DNA of 64,000 nt from a virus. Positions 53,016 to 61,599 of the stretch are shown piece by piece. The notes under the pieces were generated by a model that worked only from the letters and a program-made list of their open reading frames with translations, was not told where the DNA came from and made no database searches. The position numbers and the translations under genes were made by a program. Every line of letters begins with the position of its first letter. Positions within the stretch are counted from its first letter, which is position 1. Where the stretch lies: positions 1 through 64,000 of IMG/VR virus record IMGVR_UViG_3300004807_000018, one strand, 5' to 3'.

Positions 53016-53689
53016 TTGAGCTCCTCGGCGTTCTGCACAGATCCCGCGTCCAATCCGATCTCTTTCATTCTCTTGCGCCACCGGTACGCCTTGCTGTCAT
53101 GTGGTGACCGGTGCCGAGCTCTCAGCCTTCTCCATTCACGGATGCTCGACTGCACGACTGTAAGGTCTCTTCGTGAGATCGTGCCGATCTGCTCGGCAAG
53201 GTAGTCGATCAGTGTTTGGGCGTCCGCTTCGACTATCCCTTCCCTCCCCTGGCAGGTGAAGACCTTGAAGCCTGGCTGGTCATTGACCCACTGGGCAACG
53301 AACAGTCCCTCGTAAGGCCCGGTCCAGTTGTCGGGGCGAACATCGTACTCCGGAGCGTGCTCAAAGTCGAGATCTGCGATCGCACGCTCAACCTGGATCA
53401 CCACAAACGCCATCGGGTGTGGATCGTCTGCTGGCCGAAACTGGCCGCCCTTCGATCCCGAGTACCCGGGTCCAGACGATGGCATCACGGGATGCACGTT
53501 CTTCAGGCGTTCCTCTTCAATCATCATGGAAGGGGTCCTGAAGTCGGTCTCCTTCCAGCGCTTGCGCCGTTCCTGAGTCGAAAGCTTTTCGATCCTCCGA
53601 GGAGCGTCGGGCATACGGGCGTGGCGCTGCTCGGCTGCAATCACAAGCATCGACCGGGCTGCTGAAAGCAATTCCTTGCTGGGTTTCAT
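53012..53689 (-). CDS. Hypothetical protein (225 aa)
   Basis: Coupled to dnaB. Confidence 0.7.
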   Translation of the reverse strand: MKPSKELLSAARSMLVIAAEQRHARMPDAPRRIEKLSTQERRKRWKETDFRTPSMMIEEERLKNVHPVMPSSGPGYSGSKGGQFRPADDPHPMAFVVIQVERAIADLDFEHAPEYDVRPDNWTGPYEGLFVAQWVNDQPGFKVFTCQGREGIVEADAQTLIDYLAEQIGTISRRDLTVVQSSIREWRRLRARHRSPHDSKAYRWRKRMKEIGLDAGSVQNAEELK

Positions 53690-55050
53690 GATGTGCTCCT
53701 TGCTAACGATCGGTAACGGGCAAACGACGGTTGAAATCCAAGCTTCACGGTGCCAACGGGCCCCATGCGCTGTTTGGCCAGAATCACTTCGGCTTCCTCG
53801 ACCTCGTGCGGGTTCTCGGACCCACTCCTTTGCTCTTCCTTGGCTTTGTAGTAAGCATCGCGGTACAGGAACATGATCGAGTCGGCATCGTTCTCGATCG
53901 CGCCGGATTCGCGAAGGTCGGCAAGTGTTGGGCGCTTGTCGTCTCGTTGCTCCACCTGACGGTTGAGCTGCGAGAGCGCAATGACTGGCACTCCCAGTTC
54001 CCTAGCCATGCCTTTACAGGCGCTCGATATCGCCGAGACTTCGACCTGGCGGTTCTCCTGCCTGCTGCCCTTTGGTGCCTTGAGAAGTTGGAGGTAGTCC
54101 ACCACGATGAGCCCCAGGCCCTTGTCGGACTGCATAGCCCGTGCTGCAGCGAGCATCTCAGGCACCGTAGTCGTCGGAGACTCCGTGATGCAGATCTGAA
54201 GCTCAGAGAGCGTCTCGCAGGCGTTCTGACAGGCGGTATAGACGTCGTCCGTGAGCCTTCCAGTCTTGAAGAACGAGAGGTTGATTCCCCCAATCATCGA
54301 CACAAGTCGCCGTGTCATCTGCACCTTGGACATTTCGAGGCTGAACACGAGTACGGGCTTTTCTCTTGCGACCGTGAGCGCGATGCCTAGCGCGAAACTC
54401 GTCTTGCCCATGGCAGGCCTTGCACCGACGATCACGAGGTCACCTGCATGCATGCCGCCCATGAACTGGTCAAGATCGACAAACCCGGTATCTACGCCTC
54501 TGATCGGGATGCCAGTTTCACAAATACTGTCAAGCTGGTCGAAGAACTCAATCGCCATCTCCTTACCGGTTAAGATCTTCGGACCCAGGCTTCCAGAGCC
54601 CACAGACTTCAGGATCTTGTCTGCCTGGGCAAGGGCCTCAGATCCCAGATCGACGTCTGGGTCGTAAACAAGCTCGACTATCTTCCTGCCAGCTTTTGCA
54701 AGACGCCGCAGTACCGCTTTTTCCTGAACGATCCGCATGTACTCAAGCGCGTTGCTTGCCGATGGGGTGTAGTTCGCTAGTTGAAGCAGATACTCAGGAC
54801 CACCTACATCGGAAAGCAATTGGCGTGAAATGAGAGCATCCTCAAGCGTAATCTGGTCAAGTTCTCCGCCACGGCCAATGATCGTCCGGGCTGATTTGTA
54901 GATCTCTCGATGCGCTGGCGAGAAGAAGTCCCCCTCGTCGAGCAGCGCCGCGATGTCTTTGGCTGCACGGTCCGAGAGCAGCATCGCGCCAAGCACCGAC
55001 ATTTCGGCCTCAGGGCTGTGCAGTGGTCGCTTTTCGTTTTCGGTGGTCAA
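53686..55050 (-). CDS. dnaB: Replicative DNA helicase DnaB
   Basis: HSPEAEMSVLG, GARPAMGKT, SLEMS, VVDYLQL, LSQLNR, DLRESGAIENDAD, KQRMGP; TTG start at 55050. Confidence 0.95.
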   Translation of the reverse strand: MTTENEKRPLHSPEAEMSVLGAMLLSDRAAKDIAALLDEGDFFSPAHREIYKSARTIIGRGGELDQITLEDALISRQLLSDVGGPEYLLQLANYTPSASNALEYMRIVQEKAVLRRLAKAGRKIVELVYDPDVDLGSEALAQADKILKSVGSGSLGPKILTGKEMAIEFFDQLDSICETGIPIRGVDTGFVDLDQFMGGMHAGDLVIVGARPAMGKTSFALGIALTVAREKPVLVFSLEMSKVQMTRRLVSMIGGINLSFFKTGRLTDDVYTACQNACETLSELQICITESPTTTVPEMLAAARAMQSDKGLGLIVVDYLQLLKAPKGSRQENRQVEVSAISSACKGMARELGVPVIALSQLNRQVEQRDDKRPTLADLRESGAIENDADSIMFLYRDAYYKAKEEQRSGSENPHEVEEAEVILAKQRMGPVGTVKLGFQPSFARYRSLARSTS

Positions 55051-55415
55051 GATCTCTCTCCAGATTTGGCCCGTATTTGCGCCAGGATCGCCGTAGAGAC
55101 GCCTGAAGGCGCTTCCTGCGGTTCTGAGACGGACCCCATGGGCAAACAATCGCTTTCGCTGTAGGTTTTTGGCGGTCTGCTGCGGATGATGCTCGCGGCC
55201 AGCTCGTGGGGGAACGGGGTGTCGGGACCGAACTCGCCGCACAGCCAACGGTCCACGATCGGCCTGATTTCGTGCTGCTGGACGCCCTTCAGGCTCAACA
55301 CCCGGACGTACACGCCGGTCTGTCCCTCGGGCTTACGTCCGTAGGTGTTCAGCCCCGCAAAAAGGTCTTTCACGGCTGCCGTAACCGCCTCGATGAACTC
55401 AATTCCAGGTTCCAT
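55047..55415 (-). CDS. Hypothetical protein (helicase loader position)
   Basis: Between the initiator and dnaB. Confidence 0.6.
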   Translation of the reverse strand: MEPGIEFIEAVTAAVKDLFAGLNTYGRKPEGQTGVYVRVLSLKGVQQHEIRPIVDRWLCGEFGPDTPFPHELAASIIRSRPPKTYSESDCLPMGSVSEPQEAPSGVSTAILAQIRAKSGERS

Positions 55416-56247
55416 TGGCGACCCTCCGCTTGATTTCCTCGGCTTCTCGATCAATCACTTCCGCCACCGAAAGCGCGGTCTCCTTCTGCCGCCTGGAGCC
55501 CTTTGCCTGCTCGTCGTTGATCCATTTTTTGGCCCTGGCTTGCCAGTTCGTGATCACCTGGTTCGAGCCTGTGACCCACTGGCCAAGGTCGTCCCGCTGG
55601 CCGTCGAAGTACAAGAAAAACCCGTCAGCGCAGTCCTGGGTAGATCCGAGCATCGCGAACACGGTCCGGACATCGGCAAGGCTCGGGGCCGGATGCTTGG
55701 CTTTCTTTCCCTCTTCATTCCGTAACGGCGTTACGGGTGCGTTAGCTTTTTCGCTTTTCGACAGGTTGGTACCAACTATTAACTCACCTACTGTCTCTGT
55801 CTTTGTCAATGTCTCTGTCTCCGTCGCGTGACGGGGTAACGCCGTTACGGTGCCGTTACGCGCAGAATTTGGGGCATTTTCTGGACGATTTGAACCTGAA
55901 TTCTCCGCCTTACGCTTCTCGCGCCAACTCTTCTGACGGTCTCGATTACTGGCGTCAACCCCCTGGTAGAGGTCCCAATTTTCGATGATCCACATGTCGT
56001 CTTCGTTACGTAACGCTCCAGACGCGTTAGCAGCCGTTACTAACGCCGTTACGGTGTCGTTAGGTATGTCGTAGCCGCCCGCGAACCGCTCAAGCAGCGG
56101 GGCTTTGCAACGGCCACCCGTGCCGTTGACCTTCACATGTGTGATGATCACCGGCCACACGGCTCGGACGTGCCAAGGCAGTGCAGCGAGCCATTTCGAC
56201 TCGTGCCAATCAACGTTAAGCCTTATCCAGCGAGCGTTCTCTGCCAC
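55399..56247 (-). CDS. Phage replication initiator protein
   Basis: RWIRL N-terminus, IENWDLYQ, RDRQKSWRE, ETETLTKTET linker, C-terminal FFLYF...W...NWQA...W. Confidence 0.8.
   Translation of the reverse strand: MAENARWIRLNVDWHESKWLAALPWHVRAVWPVIITHVKVNGTGGRCKAPLLERFAGGYDIPNDTVTALVTAANASGALRNEDDMWIIENWDLYQGVDASNRDRQKSWREKRKAENSGSNRPENAPNSARNGTVTALPRHATETETLTKTETVGELIVGTNLSKSEKANAPVTPLRNEEGKKAKHPAPSLADVRTVFAMLGSTQDCADGFFLYFDGQRDDLGQWVTGSNQVITNWQARAKKWINDEQAKGSRRQKETALSVAEVIDREAEEIKRRVANGTWN
55720..56056. repeat. Iteron-like GTAAC/GTTAC repeats (putative origin)
   Basis: TAACGCCGTTACGGTG at 55837-55852 and 56041-56056; palindromes CCGTAACGGCGTTACGG (55720-36) and CGTTACGTAACG (56004-15). Confidence 0.7.
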
Positions 56248-56249
56248 GG

Positions 56250-56891
56250 TTATTCCTCAGTCAACTCGTCCGGGAAGCGCCTGACCTTCTGCGATACTCG
56301 TGACTTTCTATCTCCTAAATCGGCGGGCTTTTTCTTGTATTCCTTCGCACAATTGGCCAAAACAATGTACTTGTCCATAAATGTCTCGCCACCTTTCCCA
56401 GCGTCTTCCCCGTATTCCAGGATGATGTGCAGCGCCGATTTCCCCTTGTGCTGCTCCTGCGTTGTTAGCGGGATGAACTCGCCCCACTTCACGTACTTGT
56501 ACGAGTCATTCTTTAGGAGTCCCGAGTCCACAATGCCGTCAATGTGAGGCTTGAGGCATGCAATCGCGTTCTGCTCGTCATGGGGCCTAGCATGAATAGG
56601 ATTGGGCTCCTTTAGCTTTGGCAAACCGTCCCTTTTGCGCCTAGCGTTACTGGATCTGATCTGGTCAATCGAGTCTAGTCGCGCCTGCTCAAAGGGACTG
56701 TAGCCCATGAACCAGACGTGATGAATGATGCATCTGCCCTGAATCTGACCACCAGCCATGTGCGGAAGAGCAGCGACTCTCGCGAGTTCTCGGATGTCCC
56801 TAACCACCTTTTCCTTGCCTCCATGGGCACGCTTATTGACGTTGCAAGACGTCCTCCATGGAGGCAGTGGCAATTCAATAACGATCTGCAT
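56250..56891 (-). CDS. RusA-like Holliday junction resolvase
   Basis: IELPLPP...S.N, D.QNA..LK..IDGIVDSGLLKND. Confidence 0.7.
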   Translation of the reverse strand: MQIVIELPLPPWRTSCNVNKRAHGGKEKVVRDIRELARVAALPHMAGGQIQGRCIIHHVWFMGYSPFEQARLDSIDQIRSSNARRKRDGLPKLKEPNPIHARPHDEQNAIACLKPHIDGIVDSGLLKNDSYKYVKWGEFIPLTTQEQHKGKSALHIILEYGEDAGKGGETFMDKYIVLANCAKEYKKKPADLGDRKSRVSQKVRRFPDELTEE

Positions 56892-56892
56892 T

Positions 56893-58308
56893 TCAGGGCC
56901 TCTTGTTTGAACTCGCAGTCAGCTTTCGCAGCCAATCTTGAATGAAGTCGTTCTTCTTGAATTGAAGGTTCTTGCTCTGGAACTCGACGAACATCTCGCT
57001 GTACGTGTCCCTGATCCACCTGACGCCATCCTTGTCCAGCCGGAACCGGAGGCGCAGTTCGTGAGCCATGGCACCTTCTGCAATCGCCCTAAATGCCGCG
57101 ATGAACTCGGCAGGTTTGAGGTCCTTCGGGTCTACGGAAATGAAAGGTTCGGTTTCCTCTTCCTGGATGGCCGGTTTGGGCTCGTCCTTTGGCTTTGGTT
57201 CCTCGGCTTCGGGGGCCTTCTGCTCGAGTTGTGCAGGGGATCTCAGCAGCGAGACGAGAAGCATCTCATCCTGAGCGCTGCGCACGTTTCGCCCAGATCG
57301 CAGCACGATGGCCTTCAGTTGCTTGTCAAGCAGTTTGTACTTATCCCTGGTCGCAGCCAGACTGTTTCGCATGTAGAAGTCGGCAATGGCCAGATCTGAA
57401 CCTGAAGGAGGACTCCCACTGCTATCGGTCCGAAACATCTTGATTGCACGGCCGAGTTCGGCAACCTCGATTCCGAAGTGGTCGGTCGTGGACTCCGTCT
57501 GATGTGTCTGGTGGTAGTCGAAGATCTTGCGGTACAGCTCTCTCGTTTCCTCAAGGGCTTTTGCGCCTGGCTTCGGCTTCTCCTCTGCCGGAGTGTCTGT
57601 TTCCTCTTGCTTGGGCTCTGAAGTAGAGGGTGAAACAAGGCCTAGGCTGATTGCGGTTTCAGCCAGTTCGCCCGCTAGCATCGTGTCGATCGCCGCATTG
57701 TCCGATTCTTCGGGCAACTCCTCGACCGAAATTGAGATTGCTTCGGGTGAGTCACCTACCCTGAAGTCTTTCCATGGCTCTGGCAAGTGTTGCTCACCAA
57801 CAAAGGGCATCGGTGGTACGATCGGTCGTGCCGGTGCAGTTTGACTATCCTGTCCGGCGATGCCCGCTTCTGACTCTCGGTGATTCTTCACATAGAGCGG
57901 TAGCCGGGGCCTTGGCTCATCGTGCCTTGCGCTCTTGTGCCTTCGAGGACTCTCGGCTTTTGGGCGTGCGTCGATCAGGAATGACCGCTCCCCGCAGAAT
58001 GAGACGCTAAAGTTCTCTCCTGGAACAGCTCTGCTCGCGCACACTTGCCGGAGCGCCCCGAGCAGCCCGCAGCAGGTGGCCTTAGTCCACCTTCGCACGA
58101 TGTTGTGCCCTATCTCGCCGACCGTGCAGCGGATAAAGCCAGCGTCGGCATCTTCACCGATCTCGATGAACAGTTGGCCTTTGCCTCGCTCGGGCAGAAG
58201 GACCGCGCTGAGCGAGTCGGACAAACTGACCGCGGACTTGCCGTAGGTGACTTGCAGGACGCCGGAGAGTGAGTGGACGGGCGATCCGTCGTATGGCTTA
58301 AATGACAT
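56893..58308 (-). CDS. Hypothetical protein (471 aa)
   Basis: Long ORF in the operon. Confidence 0.7.
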   Translation of the reverse strand: MSFKPYDGSPVHSLSGVLQVTYGKSAVSLSDSLSAVLLPERGKGQLFIEIGEDADAGFIRCTVGEIGHNIVRRWTKATCCGLLGALRQVCASRAVPGENFSVSFCGERSFLIDARPKAESPRRHKSARHDEPRPRLPLYVKNHRESEAGIAGQDSQTAPARPIVPPMPFVGEQHLPEPWKDFRVGDSPEAISISVEELPEESDNAAIDTMLAGELAETAISLGLVSPSTSEPKQEETDTPAEEKPKPGAKALEETRELYRKIFDYHQTHQTESTTDHFGIEVAELGRAIKMFRTDSSGSPPSGSDLAIADFYMRNSLAATRDKYKLLDKQLKAIVLRSGRNVRSAQDEMLLVSLLRSPAQLEQKAPEAEEPKPKDEPKPAIQEEETEPFISVDPKDLKPAEFIAAFRAIAEGAMAHELRLRFRLDKDGVRWIRDTYSEMFVEFQSKNLQFKKNDFIQDWLRKLTASSNKRP

Positions 58309-58513
58309 TGTAGAAAACCTCCATCTGGGCTTGCTCGATTGCGGTGAGCTGTCGTAAGTGATTGCGGACGAAAAATGGGCTCACCAGGTGCGACTTTTGG
58401 TCGCGGCCGTCGAGCCACGAAAGCGTTTCGTTTGCGAGTTGCACGGGCGTCCCCTTAGGCGGGAACCTCAAATCGTCGTGAGCCAGGTGCACGATGTGCG
58501 TCAGCCGGATCAC
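58298..58513 (-). CDS. Hypothetical protein
   Basis: GTG at 58513 coupled to the MTase stop. Confidence 0.55.
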   Translation of the reverse strand: MIRLTHIVHLAHDDLRFPPKGTPVQLANETLSWLDGRDQKSHLVSPFFVRNHLRQLTAIEQAQMEVFYNVI

Positions 58514-59640
58514 GCTGGAACCCCGTTGCGCTGGTGACGGGCCCACCCTATGCGCTCCCGAGCGATTTCCATGGCGATGGGATTGCTGTCGCAGCCAGCG
58601 AAATTGACCCCCTCAAGCACGGCTGCCACCCCAGTGGTTCCGCTGCCAAGGAAGGGGTCGACGATCAGTGCACCAGGGGGGGCAACGAGACGGATAAGCC
58701 AGCGCATGAGCGCGATCGGTTTCACCGTTGGCCAGGGGTTCTTGGCGCTTTCCTTCGTCCCCTCAGACTGAAAGCCGCCCATCCCACCATGGCCCCATTT
58801 CAGAAGCCTTTCCGGGAGCTGCTCGCATCCGAGGTCTCGCTCGCGCCGGGACGCCTTAGCGCAGTAAAAGAACCGCGAAGCTCCGCCAGCGTCTTCTAGT
58901 CTCAGTGATGAGCATTCCTTCTGGCCCTCGAACGGCCTGGAGGTGTTCTTGTGCTTCGCGGACGCTCGTCTTCTTGGGTTCGCGCCGGACTTCAGAACGC
59001 CCGTCTGCTCATCAAGCATCGCCGCAGCGGTCTCGTCGAGCGCCACATTAGCAGGCCACCGCCCAATGTCACTTGCCGAACCTCCACCCGTGCGAATATC
59101 GGTGACGGATCCGGTCTCGCGGGTACCTGAATGGCCTCGATCTCTGGAGCAGTTCGCGGAGTACTGCGCGTCCGACACTGGGATCCGAGCAGCGTCGATG
59201 TGCAACGCTCCACAGCCGTGACCTAGAAGGTTTTCCCGAACCGTGCCGGCGAGTGGCCGACGCGCAACGGTGATTGGCTCCCATCCAGGTTTCAACGCAG
59301 TGCCCCATCCAAGCCACCGGCCATGCTGGTTGTGCGACTTGGGATAGCCCTGCCCGTACAGCCATGTGATGTGGTCAAGAACCTCGAAACCCGCATCCTC
59401 GATCCTGCACACCTGACGGTGGAAGGTCCGGGTACCACCGAACGCGAGCAGGTAGCCGCCTGGCTTTAGGGTCTGCAGCGCTTCGGCCCAAACCTCGACG
59501 CTTGGAATCTGCGCGTCCCACTCGCTGTCCATGAACGAGAGCCCGTAAGGCGGATCGGTCACGATTGCGTGAGCCGAGTTGGGCGTCAGGGAGCTCAAAA
59601 ACGACAAGGCATCCTGGTCACGCAGAATTACATCAGGCAT
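58510..59640 (-). CDS. Beta-class amino (N6A/N4C) DNA methyltransferase
   Basis: VTDPPY, WPTVKP, DPFLGSGTT. Confidence 0.92.
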   Translation of the reverse strand: MPDVILRDQDALSFLSSLTPNSAHAIVTDPPYGLSFMDSEWDAQIPSVEVWAEALQTLKPGGYLLAFGGTRTFHRQVCRIEDAGFEVLDHITWLYGQGYPKSHNQHGRWLGWGTALKPGWEPITVARRPLAGTVRENLLGHGCGALHIDAARIPVSDAQYSANCSRDRGHSGTRETGSVTDIRTGGGSASDIGRWPANVALDETAAAMLDEQTGVLKSGANPRRRASAKHKNTSRPFEGQKECSSLRLEDAGGASRFFYCAKASRRERDLGCEQLPERLLKWGHGGMGGFQSEGTKESAKNPWPTVKPIALMRWLIRLVAPPGALIVDPFLGSGTTGVAAVLEGVNFAGCDSNPIAMEIARERIGWARHQRNGVPA

Positions 59641-60862
59641 GCTTGGCCTCCCAGATGTCGAGGGCTGGCGTGACACGCGAGCACCTGGCCCGAATCATCT
59701 CGCAATACTGTGGATTGGCTTCGATCCCCCAGGCCTCGTGACCTAACTCGATCGCTTGCTCGAGTGTCGTTCCCGATCCCGCGAAGAGATCCAAAACCCG
59801 TCCGTGGGGGGGGGTAGTCGCCAGAATGCATGTGCGCGGGATCTCTCTCGGGAACGTCGCGAAGTGAGCGCCTTTGTAGGGGCTCGTGCTGATTTCCCAC
59901 ACCGTGCGCTTGTTGCGCGTACCGGTTGAAAAGGTGTCCTTGCGGTCTGGCCTGTGGCTTGCGTTGGTATGGCCCGGGACTAGGACATGAAGCTGCTTGC
60001 CCGACTCTCTCTTGAAGGAATCGCGAGACCGCTTGGCATAGCCGGATAGCCCCGACTTGGTTCTGAACTGCCCTTCGATGTCCAGCCCGTACTTACCGTG
60101 ATCCACGTTTCCGGGAGGTCCTCCGACAGCCTTTTCTGCGATGGCCGCGCAGTCGTAGAAGTATCTGCTCGACTTCGTCAGATGAAAAATGTATTCGTGA
60201 GCCCGGGTGCAACGATCCTTGACACTCTCAGGAAGGGGCGCAGGCTTTGCCCAAATGATGTCGTTGCGGATGATCCACCCTCGCTCATGGAGTGCAAGTG
60301 CCACTCTCCACGGAATCCCGATCAGGCTCTTCTTGGGAATGCCTTTGAGTGGCATGCGGTTAGGCTGCTGGTCAGGACCGCAATGAGCCCAACGGTCTCC
60401 TTGATGTCCACCTCCTGCATGCTTGCCAATGCGGCCGGCGCCGGTGGCATACGAGTCACCGAGATTCAGCCAGACCGATCCGTCTTTGCGCAGGACCCGC
60501 CAGACTTCGTCGAAGATGCTGACCAGATGCTCAACGTAGAGGTTTGGATGTGGCTCAAGTCCAAGACATCCGAGCCAGCCGCCGCACTTACAGCAGACTG
60601 CCGACTTACTGACTTTGCGCGTCGCGGAGTGGACGTTCTTGGTGCATCCGACCATCGACGTGCTCCCGTTCTTCGCAGGCAGCACCGTCTCTTCGAACTC
60701 ATGGGCGCAATCAGGGTCACCGCCCCAGAACGATGGCTGTATTCCATAGTTTCTGAGTCCGTAGTAAGGAGGGCTGGTCACCACGGTGTGGAAGAAGTTG
60801 TCCGGCAGGCTCTTCACCTGCTCTTGCGCAAACCCCGGAAGGATGTGGAGGCGGTCATTCAT
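59633..60862 (-). CDS. Beta-class N4-cytosine-type DNA methyltransferase
   Basis: TSPPY, WLNLGDSY, HFATFP, DLFAGSGTT. Confidence 0.92.
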   Translation of the reverse strand: MNDRLHILPGFAQEQVKSLPDNFFHTVVTSPPYYGLRNYGIQPSFWGGDPDCAHEFEETVLPAKNGSTSMVGCTKNVHSATRKVSKSAVCCKCGGWLGCLGLEPHPNLYVEHLVSIFDEVWRVLRKDGSVWLNLGDSYATGAGRIGKHAGGGHQGDRWAHCGPDQQPNRMPLKGIPKKSLIGIPWRVALALHERGWIIRNDIIWAKPAPLPESVKDRCTRAHEYIFHLTKSSRYFYDCAAIAEKAVGGPPGNVDHGKYGLDIEGQFRTKSGLSGYAKRSRDSFKRESGKQLHVLVPGHTNASHRPDRKDTFSTGTRNKRTVWEISTSPYKGAHFATFPREIPRTCILATTPPHGRVLDLFAGSGTTLEQAIELGHEAWGIEANPQYCEMIRARCSRVTPALDIWEAKHA

Positions 60863-61599
60863 GCCGCACCGCCAAAGTCGAAGCACATCTGCCCGTTAGT
60901 CGCCTTCGTTGGGGTCAGCGAGTCCAGCAGAGCGCTGATGTTCGAGACAATTTCTGTGATGGCCGAACGCCTGGGCGCTTGCGCCAGGCCCCAGAAAGGG
61001 TTCACCCTGGTTGCCCACGTTTCAGTGGTCAGCGCGTTGCCATGAATCACCGTGGCAGGGATGCCCCAGAGCGTCAGGTTTACGTAACACATGTCGCATG
61101 CCAGGGAGCTGATGTCTGTGCAAACCGCTCTCATGTTCAGCGGGCTGTAGCCGCGATCCACAAGTGCCTCTGCGATCGAAAGCACCATGGCTCCGGATCC
61201 GCACGCAGCCTCCTCGACGTCCAGTGGCCGGTCATCGGGGATATCTTTCACAGTGAGTTGGGCCATCACCCGGCAGATGTCCATTGGGGTGTAGAACTCA
61301 CCGCGGTGCGCGGCATCGCTCCTGGAACTCCACTCCATGTGCACCGGCCCGAGGACGTCCGTGAACGGTCTCTCCTGCATCTCGGAAATCAGTGCGCCGA
61401 GCGCGACGGCAAATTCCTGCATGTGCTCGGGCTGCCACCGCTTGGCTTCCTCGAGGTAGTCGGCTTCCCTCCGCCCCGCCGAGGCAGCGCATGCCGCGAG
61501 GTAAACGAACGCGCGAAACACTTCGTGCGAATAGCGTCCGCTCGCCGTAGCGATGCGCTCCAAGACCTTCGTTGTTGAGGGTAAGTCCTGTGGCTTCAC
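60859..61599 (-). CDS. Short N-6 DNA methylase-like protein (HsdM-like N-terminal half)
   Basis: GEFYTP, EAACGSGAM, DIS, HGNAL; no canonical NPPY/F. Confidence 0.8.
   Translation of the reverse strand: MKPQDLPSTTKVLERIATASGRYSHEVFRAFVYLAACAASAGRREADYLEEAKRWQPEHMQEFAVALGALISEMQERPFTDVLGPVHMEWSSRSDAAHRGEFYTPMDICRVMAQLTVKDIPDDRPLDVEEAACGSGAMVLSIAEALVDRGYSPLNMRAVCTDISSLACDMCYVNLTLWGIPATVIHGNALTTETWATRVNPFWGLAQAPRRSAITEIVSNISALLDSLTPTKATNGQMCFDFGGAA

Noticed and set aside
53686-55248. 520-aa DnaB with N-terminal extension or intein
   Set aside because: The extension overlaps the upstream gene; TTG at 55050 gives a normal-length DnaB with contiguous motifs.
60098-61045. 315-aa + strand ORF and other long antisense ORFs (e.g. 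39651-40514, 19089-19853)
   Set aside because: They lie opposite well-supported genes in GC-rich DNA and have no recognisable motifs.
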